From assembly GCA_965178125.1 (NCBI GenBank), contig OZ237739.1:992001-1056000 (forward strand): a stretch of 64,000 bases of DNA, written 5' to 3'. The notes beneath the pieces are model-generated. The model was not told the origin of the DNA, ran no database searches, and saw nothing but the letters and a program-made list of their open reading frames with translations. Each line of letters starts with the position of its first letter. Positions within the stretch are counted from its first letter, which is position 1. A program made the translations under genes and the position numbers. Source of the stretch: Bilabrum cf. latius (taxonomy: Eukaryota). Positions 49,806 through 61,005 of this stretch are shown here, in pieces.

Positions 49806-52117
49806 TCAGGTGCCCAACACCGGCTTGCCCTTGGTGTCCCATGGTGCGGACTTTACATCTCCGATCGGGGGCAAAGATCCAAGCAAGCGAGACCCACCCT
49901 TGCCCCCCGGCATCTCCATGGGCGGAAGGTGGTGCGGAGCCCTTGCCATACCAGTCAACGAAATAGGCCCGAGGCTGCCGCCAGATCCACCGCCCAGAGA
50001 CTTCACGCCACCACCTGAAGCACCGGCACCAGAGCTCGCGCCGGCTCCAGAATCAGCGTCGTCTACCTTTCCTTCTCCCGCGCTCGAAGCTGCGCCTGCC
50101 GCTCCCGGCTCGGACGAAGCAGCAGCACCACCAGTCGCGGCACCTGGATCCGCCGCCGCGACTTCCTCGTCGGAGTCGTCGTCCTTGCCCTCGCCGGCCC
50201 CCGCAGCCCTCGCAGCCGCCTTCTTGGCAGCTGCCGCTGCCGCTCCTCGCATGGCCGCTGCGGTGGCCGCCTGCGCCCTCGCATCCCTCTCTGCCTGCAG
50301 CCTCGCCTTGTCTCTGATCTCCGCCCCTTTGCCGCCGTGCAGCTCGTCTTCCTCCACAGCCGCCACAGCGCCCCAGCCAACGCCAGCCACGCCCCGTCGC
50401 CTGCCCTCCCACACCTGCAGCTTTCGTACCGTGGGCATTCCCTTGCCCACGGGCCCATCCGAGGGTCCATATCCCTTCACCTGCACCCCCCTGCACCGAG
50501 CAGTCACGTCGGGAAATGCAACGTCCAGGAGCGGCATGTCTTCCACCATGTCTGCAAGCACGCAGTACAGGCTACCGCCGAAGTACACTGTGTGCAGGAC
50601 GATCCCTGACCTAAAGTACACCTTGCTGGCGATCACCTCGACTTTGCTGAGCTCGGGCGTGGGGTTGATGGCCAGCTCGAAAAAGGATGCGGCCCACTCG
50701 GCGTCGATCCACGAGGTCACGCCCAGCGAAGCGAGCCGCTCAAGCTCCGGCTCCGCGTTAATCATCTCTTTCTAAAAGTAGAACAAAGTGGCAAGGTATT
50801 GCCTCACCACGGGGGTGAGCTTGTGATCCCTTGGAAACTTGGATGCCTCGCACAGAAAGCCCAGCTGCCCCTGCTGCTTCTGGAGAGCGGGCAGCACGTC
50901 GGGCACGTCACCCAGGTGCAGCGTGGGCACGCCGAAATCCACCGACCCGCTGTAGACCCAGGATCCAAACCGGAACAAGGCCTCTCGCTTGGTGGCCCCT
51001 GGCTCCGGCTGCATGACCGTGTAGATCTGGATGTACCCCTCTCCCTGCAGGTCCTCTGCGGCCCCCAGGCCTGCCTCCATGAGGCCCACCCCAGGAGAGG
51101 CATCCACACCCGACGAAGCTGCATCGCTGCCCGCGCCGGGGTCTGATGCGGCAGCGGTTCCTGATGCCTTAGGTTCGGCCGGTTTGGTGGGGTCAGGGAC
51201 GGGCTCTGATGCTTGCCAGACGGAGAGCTTGGCGAAGATATCGTGGTTGTATGCCCTGAGCTGCACTCCCCTGCGCTGCCCGTATATCTGCGGAAAGAGC
51301 GTATCCACAAGGGCTTGCTCCTCGGTGGCCTCTGTCAGGGTCACGTAGCACGTGCCCTGCGAGAGACGGAGGGATAGTCGAGCGATTGCGGACTGGTGCA
51401 TGCATGGTCACTGATCCGTATGGCGTGGCGTGGCGTGAAGCGTCGTACCGGGGCGTGGGACGGCAAGCAGTCAGCACGACGCAGACTGATTCTCACATTA
51501 AAGTAAATATTAGTGACCATGAGGTCAGACATGAAGAATTTTGAAAACACTACATGTGCATCCTGCATCGTCAAGGGGGAGCAAAGTAACGGGAAACTTG
51601 GCTTAGCCGGATGTCATTAGAATGCATACAGAGACGAAGGCGTTTGACCCACCCTATAGGTGAAGCTTGGTTTAGTTTCGAACGCAAAGTAGAAAGCCAC
51701 GCCGTCTGCATCCAACCAAGGCTCTTGCTCGACAAGAACAGCGACAACCTGCGTGGAAACGCATGAATGTGCGCGCAACAACAATTGATAACTGGTAAGA
51801 TACTAGCAGTAACAGCAAGCAGCACTTGCGCATCACACCTCTTCGATTCCATCGAGCTCGCTACGAATAAACTCATTCATTGTCCGTACGGCTGCCAGCG
51901 TCTTTCCCTGGTCGGTGTCAGACGGGATCTTCTTCGTCTCAAGATGGAACGGAATGCTGTTTTGCACCGCTTGCAAGTCCATTAGTGCTTTGGGAAGTTC
52001 TCCAGGAGATTTAGGAGGTTCCACCTCAACCTGGCCATCGTACGTATAGTTGCCATACTGGTACAAGCATTCGGGTAAGTCCTCCCCGTTGTTTCTGAGG
52101 AAATATACTTGTTCCAT
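49806..52117 (-). CDS. Multi-exon hypothetical protein (5' exon structure only partly resolved)
   Basis: Long 3' exon (about 51360 to 49806) read through TAG at 50772 to TGA. Upstream short exons with GT donors near 51838 and 51497; ATG at 52117 (MEQVYFLRN). Confidence 0.55.
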
Positions 52118-52261
52118 TTTATTGCTACGTGCAGCTAGAGAGTACTGCTTGCGAGTATTTCGTTGGTCAACTGTCGCCAATCAAAATGCACTGTATAATA
52201 ATCAGTGATAAATCAGAATTTAGATCGCCAAATCCACAAGGCAGAAAGAATTGCCGGCAAC

Positions 52262-54047
52262 ATGTACACCGTGCTGTCCGCCCTTGCCCTGGCTTCTGCT
52301 GCAAGTGCTGCGTCTTGGAGCGTTGTTGCCAACGATGTGGCAACAGTCGCCACCGGCATCGCCTTCTCCGACTCGAACACCGGTGAGCACGGCATCGCCA
52401 ACGAGAGTGATCGCTCGAATTTGTGTATTGCAGGAAGTATTGGGTTTCGCATAGTGTACCACTTGCATCTGCAATCGTACGGCGGACTCAGGATTCTGGT
52501 TGCAGGCCGATAGCATCCGCTGTCTTGCGCTGCCGGGCCGTGGCCTAGCTAGGACTATGGATCCACTCTTCTGTGGCTGGTTCCTGGCCTTGCAGCGGCA
52601 GCTCTCCCGGCGTTTTGCCCCATTCTATATTTTATGATACCGTTGTATCCTACTTCACTCGCAGGATACCTGTAAGTGAACAGCGAAGGCGTCCTTGGTA
52701 CCTTGGGTCCACAAGAGGAACACTTCAGCAAGATCGCGATTGCCTAACTGTGCAGTCCCTAGCAGCAAAAGAATAGCTGCAATAATGCAATTTTGTTTTT
52801 AAGCAAAGCTCGTTTGCCCTACCCAAGCTATGTCTCTGATTGCAGGCCGGCTGATGCCAACGGAGCTGGCGCCGAGATTTTGAAGAGCACGGACGGCGGC
52901 AAGACTTGGAACACCAACGAGCCCCACCAGGGCGGTTTCCTCTTCCTGGACGTGACTGCGTTCGGCCAGCAGGTGGTTGTGTCTGGTGTGTTTGGCGAGG
53001 AGTACTCGGACGGTAAGAAGACTGGAAATCGTATCTTTCTTGCGCACCTCAACTCTTCAAATCAGCCCGTCAACTCGCCATCCCAAGCGACAATTTTACG
53101 CGCATGTGTTACTGTATTGTTGCACGCTGCACGTTCTCTGTTGCGCAGATGCCGGCGCTCACTTCAACACTAGCACTGGCGGCGGCCAGGCGCAGTGCGT
53201 GCGCAACGTCGGCCCCATCGGCAAGGAGACCGGCATGGCAGCTGTGGGCGACTTCGGGTTCCTGACCTCGAAGAACGGCGTGGGCGTCTCTACCGACGGC
53301 GGCCACACCTTCACCGCCTACGACGCGCAGCTCAAGACCGATGCCAGGTACGGCTCCTTCCCGTCGGCCACCACGTGGTTCGTGTCCGCCGGCTCTTGGC
53401 CCGGTGAGGGCGACGACGACAAGTCAGGCAGCAACGACGATCCTTTCCCGTCCAACGACAACACCTTCGAGGGCGAGATCGAGGGCGAGCTCGTGAAGCA
53501 GGTGACCCGCCGCGTCTCCCTCCGCAAGGGCACCGACGGTGTGGTGCGCCCCCATGTGGCACGCGCCCCCCGCGCCAACGCCAACGAGACCTTCGAGGCG
53601 GAGCTGTCCATGACCACCGACGGTGGCAAGACCTGGAACCAGCTGTTCTACTCGACCGAGTTCTACTTCAACGGTGGCGACTGCGCCTCCGAGACTGACT
53701 GCTGCTTCGCCGGTGAGGCCGACCAGGGCAGCGCGCCCGGCGCCCGCATCTACTGCACCACCGACGCTGGCAAGACCTGGACCAAGAACTACTTCCAGGC
53801 CGGCGCCCAGTACTCCCTGATCGACCTCAGGTACGACGGCCAGGGCTACTGGGCCGTGGGCGGCATCGAGTCTGCCCTGTCCATGGACTCCACCTTCCTG
53901 TACTCTGCTGACGGCAAGACCTGGACCGCTGCCACGGGCCCCAAGGGCATGTACGTCACCTCGGTGGACTGCGTGGGCCCCAACAAGTGCTGGGCCACCG
54001 CCGTGGAGATCTCCCAGCAGTCCAACGTGCTGGCTCTCTCCGCCTGA
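52262..54047 (+). CDS. Secreted BNR/Asp-box (Ycf48/sialidase-like beta-propeller) protein, 4 exons
   Basis: Signal peptide; repeats STDGGKTW, STDGGHTF, TTDGGKTW, TTDAGKTW, SADGKTW. Exons 52262-52382, 52665-52671, 52846-53012, 53149-54047; strong C/G3 codon bias. Confidence 0.85.
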
Positions 54048-54770
54048 GCGAAGAGACAACACGTGCGGGAAACTTTTTGACTGCTGCGTGACTGACTGCA
54101 TTGCGTGGGATCACGGAGGGCTTCTTGTTTGGCCCAATCTCTAGGCGTGGGTGCGTTTGGCGCATCGCACGGTTCGATTCCCTCGGTGCTTTGACACTGA
54201 TGGAACCGTCTGGGAGCAGGTCGCGACTCTCTCTGTGAATGCAAGTATCAATCCCTAGTTTCGTAGTTCGGTTTCAATTATAAATTTTGTTTCATTCGTC
54301 TTATCGTAATTCCAGTCCTGTCGCGCGGGCTGCTCTGGAGAGGCGGTCCTCGGGAGCGAAGCACCTGCTCCAGTGGCAGTGCTCACCTCCTCCTCGCACC
54401 TGCCCCTCTGTAGTCAGGGCTAGCGGCTGTGATAAAGAAATGGTCATGCTCCAAGCTGCACTGCCTCGGGGCCTGCGCGGAGGGTGATTGTCGGGTGGTG
54501 GTCCACAGGGTCACCACCACACGGCATCGCACCCACTGGCGCAGGGAGCTGCCAGCAGTGCCCTCTGGGCAGCCGTCCGTCGCAACCCCCGCTGACCGCA
54601 CTACATCAAGTTCTGCGGCGTTCCAGCCCTCACAGCACAGCATGAGATCGACCTTTCGTATTGACGATTGCTGTTTCCACCCACCATTGCTACACTGTAC
54701 CAGCGTGGCTGAATGTGCAATCACTTGTAGTTGCACCCGCAATCATCACACCCCTCCACAGTTCGCCAAA

Positions 54771-57008
54771 ATGCTGAAGGGCATACGGTTCAATATGCAG
54801 GCCACGAAAAGGAGTCTACGGATAACCAACAAGTTTCAGTCGCAAATATTGCGAGCATTTGCTGGGTTGCAGGGAGTTTCGGCTGAACAGCGATGTTTCG
54901 GACGCAGTAGTGTTGCCCACGGTTTGCACTCTAGTGCCAACGCAAGATAGTTCATGCTTGGTGAGTCCGTTCGCTAGCACAACCCATGCAAGCCAAATTA
55001 TGCGCCCCAAATACTAGACTTTATCGATGTGCTCCTCCTTCTATGCAGATGGGCCTCGAGAGGCTGCGGATGCGTCTGGGACGGCCCCGTCGAACTGGTA
55101 GGGCATCAAGCGATTCTATACGGAAGTCGGAGTCGAGCAAGCGACAGCTGATGGTGACTCACATAATGGATGGCACGTCATGGTCCAAGGCAGGGCTTTA
55201 CGCACGAGCAACTTGAACGAATTAGTGGTAAGGAACGGTCGCATGCTCATGCATGCCCTTTCAGCTTCCACGTCATGCAGATGCTTTTAGTTTCCCTCAC
55301 AAACCTAAATTTTGTTTTGCAGCTACCGACGAAGGCATTGGCCCTCGCAGTGGCGGCCGAGTTTGGTATGCAGGGCCGCAGGGTGGTTCCGTCCACGACG
55401 CCGCTCTACAACCTTTGCTGCAGCGCTATCGATGGCTACGCAGTGGACGACGAGCGAAGGGCGAAAACCCAGGAATCCAGCGAGGTAGTAAGCCGAGCAG
55501 ACAAGTACTTGAAACACCAGGCCTTGCTCAGACTCGCCGAGGCAGGTGACGCTGCTGCCAAGGAGCAGCTGGAGGCTAGCACCAGCACGAGCTCGAGCAA
55601 GCAGGTGCTTCGGCGCGCCACAGAAGCTAGCATCGACACGACAGTGACCGTTGTTACGGACGCTGACGCGAAGAAGCTTGGGCAGAGCTGGACCATCGGG
55701 GCCGCTTGCAGGCGAGTTGCAGACAGGGGATGGGAAGCGGAGGACGGTGCGGTCAGCTGTCTGCTCGGCGACATCCACGCCACCAAGAAGCCGGCCATGG
55801 ATTCTGGCATGCAAACTGCCGCCATGGCCGGCACAGACAGGCTCAGAAATCAGCTGAAGGAGTACCTAGAAACCGACACCGCCTGCTACAGGGTGCGGGC
55901 GCTGTCGGCCGCCGACTCTATCCTGAGGAGGAAGCAGGACCGGCACTACCAGCCTCTGCTGGACTGGTTTAGGGAGGCTTATGGCGTGCAGCTGAGCATC
56001 GCGGAGGGTCTCTCCGTGACGGAACACCCTGTGGAAGCCCTCGAGATCTGCGAGGACCTGGTGGATCGGGCGGACCCGTTCCTGCGGGCGGCTTTGGCCA
56101 TGCTGCTGGGTAGCACGAAGAGCTCTCTCACAGCCATGGCGCTCCTCCACAGGCAGATCACGGCGGCGCAGGCCTTCGAGTGCGCCAGGGTGGAGGAGGA
56201 GTTTTAGATCGAGGAGAACGGCTTCGTGGAGGACGGGCACGACACAGCGAGGGCAGAGACGATGCTCAAGGCCGCCTCAGCCTCGACCTTCCTGTGGCTG
56301 CTGCCGCAGTCGGCTCCGGGTCGAGATGCCCTGGCTTAGGTGGTCGGGCCGCAAACCGGAACCGCGGAGCAGACGACTCCGGACGCGCAGGGCCTGGTGG
56401 ACGTGACCGCCGAGCCCAGAAGGCGGAGGAGGAGGAGGAAGCAGCAGCCAACGGACGGCGGAGCGACGGCCGACGGCGGTGAGGGCGGCATGGACGGGGG
56501 AGCGGATGCGGCTGGCGCGTCAGGGGACTACACCCCGCGGGTGGTGCGCTGGTCGGACGAGCTGAGGGCCGCCATCGGGCGTACCCGCCGGCGCCGGTGC
56601 CTGGAGCTGTGCAAGGAGCTGCTGGAGGAGGAAAAGGCAGAGGAGCTGCGCGTGCGGTGGAACATCGAGGACGATTCCAAGCGTTTCGCGGACATGTCCC
56701 CGGAAGAGGCTCAGGTGGCGGCGTTGAAGGAGCTGTACAAGAAGCACACCGCCGGCGCTGCTCTTGCCACGGAGCTCCTGGACGGTGGCACGGAGGGCGC
56801 GGGTGCCGATGATGCGGCAGGCTCTGCGGGTGCGAGCTCTGCTTCTGCGGGGCCTGGCAGCGTGGCAGACGAGATTAGAGAGGACGCGAAGGAGGGCGCG
56901 AGGCGGGGCCAGGAGCTGGACAGGCTGCTGTCGCAGGTGCCCGGCCTGGGTGGGATCCCGTCTGGAGGTGCGCTTGGGGGTGGGGGCAGCTCGCAGAAAT
57001 CCAGCTGA
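54771..57008 (+). CDS. ATP12: Mitochondrial F1-ATPase assembly chaperone ATP12/ATPAF2 with C-terminal extension
   Basis: Basic targeting-like N-terminus; KRFYTEV, GRALRT, LALAVAAEF, PLYNLCCSAID, YLETDTACYR, ARVEEEF-TAG-IEENGFVEDGHD. Introns 54961-55048 and 55228-55322; TGA stop. Confidence 0.9.
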
Positions 57009-57298
57009 TGCGGGACGCGGCCGGCATTTTTGTACAGCTATTGAGGTATGTAGTAGTTGCAGTATGTACTAGGTTGCATAGCGTACGAATTTAGTGATTC
57101 ACGAGCTCTAATGTACCGGCTGCCGTGGCATCAACCGACCACCACCACGTGCAGCCCTTCCCAATCAAGACCACCGAGGCCTCGCTGCAAACTTGTGTTC
57201 CTCAGTAGCACATCAGTCCCACGGCGATCGAGCCAGCAAGACTGTTGCTTCGCAGAAGATCCCCCCGCCAGCCAGCCAGAGTTTCACCGAGCTGTCCT

Positions 57299-59443
57299 TC
57301 AAGGCCCGAACCGAGCCTTGCCGAACGACGGGCCGTGCTCCTAGCTGCCAGGCACGGCGCTGCTGTCCCTGCGGTACAGCGCCGGGAACTCGTCCAGCGG
57401 TGTGACGATTGTGACGTCCTGCCCGCCCTGGTAGCTGACGCTCGCGTTGTACAGGTAGGCCCACTCCTGCCCCTTGGCCAGCGAGGGGAGGTACAGCGTC
57501 CTGTTGGCGGCATCCTTCTACAGGACAGGGGCGACCACCCAGTCTGGCCCGAACATGAACTGGGATTCCATGGCCGCGGTAGGATCCGATGCCTTTGGGT
57601 CCTCGGGGAACTGCAGCGCCATGGGCCTCATCATGGGCATACCGGCCTCGCTGGCGGTCTTGGATAAATCCCTGATGTACTCGCCGAGTGAGTTTCTCAG
57701 GACGATGAGCCCGCCCAGGATAGGCTCGATCTCCTCGCCGTAGGTCCAGACCTCGTTGGGGCCGTTGGTGTACCCGCAGGTGGGATCGGTCGGGGGTCCG
57801 CCTTGCCTGGTGCCATGCAGTCGCATCAGAGGTGAGAACAGGCTGAACTGCATCCAGCGGACGATCAGCTGCTGCATGGTGGGGTCCGTATTCGGAGGAG
57901 AATTCCTGAAGCCACCCGTGTCTGTGGTCCAGTACGGAAAGCCCGAAGCAGCGACCCCTTGCCCAACGGTCACCTGCAGAGCGAGCTCCTCAAACGTGCT
58001 CACGATGTCACCGGACCAGGTGGTCATTCCGTACCGCTGGGAACCGGCCCAAGTGCTCCGAGAGAGTGCCATAAAGTCGCCCAGGGCCACACCCGATTCG
58101 TTGAGGCCTTCTGCCACCATCCGGTGATGCTCCAGCACCCACGCCTCGCCAGACTCCGCCATGGGTGTCCCCACGCCCGGCATGTATGCGTCAGCGGCAA
58201 CTTTCTCTCCAAAGTGCTCGGGTTCGGATGCGTCCAGCCAGTACGTTTTGATCCCGTACTTCAGGTAGCCTTCTTTTACCTTGGCGAAGACAGAAGCACG
58301 CGCTTCTGCAGAGGTGGGGTCGTACACGTAGTTGCCGCTGTCGAAGACGATGCTCTTTTCCGTGCTGCTATTCTGAAGGAGATAGCTGTTGCTATTGAAC
58401 TTTTCATAAGAGTCCGAGGGATCGGCCACGAGCGGCCACACGCTGACCATGAGCTCGATGCCCATCGTGTGGAGCTCATCCACCATGCCCTGCGGATCGG
58501 GCCAGCAGGCCTCCGTGAAGCGCCAGTCGCCCAGGGCGGGCCAGTGCTTCCAGTCGATCACGATCAGGCTCACGGGGAGCTTCCGCTCGAAGTATCCCCT
58601 GGCGACATCGAGCAGCTGCGACTGGTTCCTGTACCTGTTCTTGCATTGGATGAAGCCCGTCGCGTAGTCGGGGAGCATAGGTGGGCGCCCGGTCGCCAGC
58701 GAGTACCGGTGCAGCAGCTCGCCGTACGGAGAAGGCAGCCCGCTGCTCCCCGGAGTGGCCGGCGTGGTGGCGATCCAGAAATCCACCATGACGGTCCCGT
58801 TGCTGTACCATGTAAGGCTGTCGGACGTCAGGTTGGCGAATCCATAGGATGGCATGTTCCAAAGGAAAGCGTAGCCCTCGCTGGAAAGAATCACCGGTAT
58901 CGTCTGCTGCCCGCCATGAGAAATGGCGTAGTCCTCAGAATCCTCGAAACGGCCAAAGTAGGGCAGGCGTTGCACGGTCCCTGTCCTTTGCTCGCCCATG
59001 CCGTAGATCCTCTCGTGGATGCCGTGGCCCTCGAAGGACACTTGCGCGCTAAACGCACCATCTGACGGGTTTGTGTACCCATCGGGCGCGCCAGCGACCA
59101 ATGAGGTCTGCTACAATAACTACTTCGCATCGCTCAGGCGCGTGGCTGTCACCAGCGGCTCGCCGCTGGCTCCGCGACTTGTGGTAATGCGGAGGTTTCC
59201 GACATCTATGGATGGGAGCGCGCTCTCTGACGATCGCTGGAAAGAAAGAGACTCTGGTTTTGCAGCATACAATCCAGCAGCAACCTCGGGTCCATCTGGA
59301 AGGAGAGCTTGCAGCTTCGGGTCCACGATCTTCGGGCCGATCCGGACCCTTGCGGCGTCTGGACCGAACGGGTCGACCCGGACGTTCCACTCAATTCCAG
59401 CAGCATGATTTAATATGACAGCAAAGAAAGCAACGCTTAGCAT
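57299..59443 (-). CDS. Secreted glycoside hydrolase family 31 (alpha-xylosidase/glucosidase-like, ~714 aa)
   Basis: IYGMGE, IVIDWKHW, WPDPQGMV, WLDASEPE (nucleophile), WSGDI (acid/base), WTTDTGGF, RWMQFSLFSPLMRLHG, QFMFGPDWVVAPV. TAGs at 59120, 59111, 57518 and 57341; TGA at 57299. Confidence 0.9.
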
Positions 59444-59552
59444 TGCGATGCGTAGACTTGATGTGACACAACTTAGTGACGCGCACCGCACTTCCGGTTC
59501 GAAGTTGCACTTGGCGGATGCTAGCAGGAGCAACTGAATCGGGGCCGACCGC

Positions 59553-60749
59553 ATGGAGAAGGCAGTCGACTGTGATGTGCTGCCTACGATTGCAGTGCTG
59601 GCAGGAGCGCATGCATCTGCATCCCTCTCTCAGTGCTCCTGCAAGCTTCGTGATTCTATATCGAAAGCTGCAGGGACGTGGCGTGCGCTTTGCGTCCACC
59701 GGTGGGGAGAGCATGTCCCTCCGCTTCCCACCGGAACAGATTTTATGAAGTACTTTGCCCACCGCTCGTCGACGTGGACGCCGTGCCCTTCACCGTTGAA
59801 ATTGATACAAGAGGTGTATGGCGACGATCCGTGGCGACTGCTCATGGCCTGCGCTCTGTGCTCGAGGACGGCAGGTGGACCGGTCATTCATGGCGTGATT
59901 GCCACATTCGTTGAAAGGTATCCAACCCCTTCGAGCGTGCTCGATGCCGACTAGAGCGAGCTAGCGGCGCTGCTCCGGCCACTCGGTATGAATCGGGAGC
60001 GAACCATTGTACGCACGGCGCAAGGGTTTTTGCACGAGCACGGGTGGGATGTAGCCCAAGATCTTTACGGGATTGGAGCGTTCGGCAACGCTTCGTGGCG
60101 CCTCTTTTGCCACGGCGACTGGCAGTCGATCGTCATCGACCCTAAGTGCGACCGGACGGTCAAGACGTACGGCAGATGGCTGGAGCGTGCCGTCAGGGCG
60201 ACTGGAATGACTCCTGCCCAGCTCACAGAAGCCGTAAAAGAGAAGGATTTCGACGTGGAAGCGGCCGTCAGTGAGTATCAGCGGAAGCAGGTGGAGGCGG
60301 GGCAGGCAGCAGCAGCGCAGGCCACAGGCGGCTCCCCTGTGGCTGCAGGCGGCCGCAAGGGGAGCAAGGAGCGCAAGCGGGCTGGTATATCATCCGGTAC
60401 CGCAAGAGGAAAGAAGCGCAGCAAGGGCACACCCGTCAAATCCACTCGCAGCAGCCCGCGGTTCAGTTCGTGCCGATCCTCGGAGGCGTCCTCGGCTGCA
60501 TCATCGTCGGCGTCCTCGTCCTCCTCGTCCGTTGAATCGAATGCGTTGGGTCGCAAGCGATTGAGATCGGACGAAAGTCGTGACGGCGGCACGGGGACTA
60601 GTCATGCATCAAGCAAGGCCAAGGGCGGCACACCGAAGAAGCAGCCAAGTCGGAGCGAATCCACGCCGCGACAGGGAGGCAAGCGGAGGCGGGTCGCCGT
60701 CTAGTCGTCCAAGAGCAAGCAGGGAGGCAAGAGCAGCAAACGCAAATAA
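59553..60749 (+). CDS. MBD4-like HhH DNA glycosylase with basic C-terminal tail
   Basis: WTPCPSPLKLIQE...DPWRLL...SRT, LLRPLG, LYGIGAFGNASWRLFC, DRTVKTY (catalytic Asp position retained). TAGs at 59952 and 60702; TAA at 60747-60749. Confidence 0.85.
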
Positions 60750-61005
60750 AATCGTCCGTTCATTCACTAGGCTTGTCGCATCGTGCGCATATCTCTAAAT
60801 CCAAGGCAACAGAGCCAGCCTCGGCACTGAACGCAAGGCGAGTACCTTGTGCCATGCCGCACACATGATTTCCATCCACCAGCACTCGGGATCGATGGTG
60901 ACCCCGCACCCGAAGCAACAGCCGAACAGGCATACCTGGGGGGCCGTGGCTCCGAGTCGCTGCCATCCCGAACCGGATCATCATCATCACTGTATCACCA
61001 GTGAT

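Noticed and set aside
49810-50775. Long antisense ORFs (also 57959-59065, 42881-43780, 60847-61599)
   Set aside because: They are mirror frames of well-supported genes on the other strand.
54290-54742. Possible small gene between the BNR gene and ATP12 (track ORF 54383-54742, minus strand)
   Set aside because: No recognisable motif, start or consistent splice model; left unannotated.
60062-60110. GNDSY to GNASW change in the MBD4-like protein as loss of catalysis
   Set aside because: The catalytic Asp of MBD4 lies in the downstream DHKL motif, which is retained here as DRTV.
790-60749. Ciliate-type code with both UAA and UAG = Gln
   Set aside because: No in-frame TAA was seen in intact host genes. 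TAA at 792, 42038 and 60749 sits at natural ends, and one aligns with a paralog's TGA. The YR and Beclin-fragment TAAs are kept as open findings.
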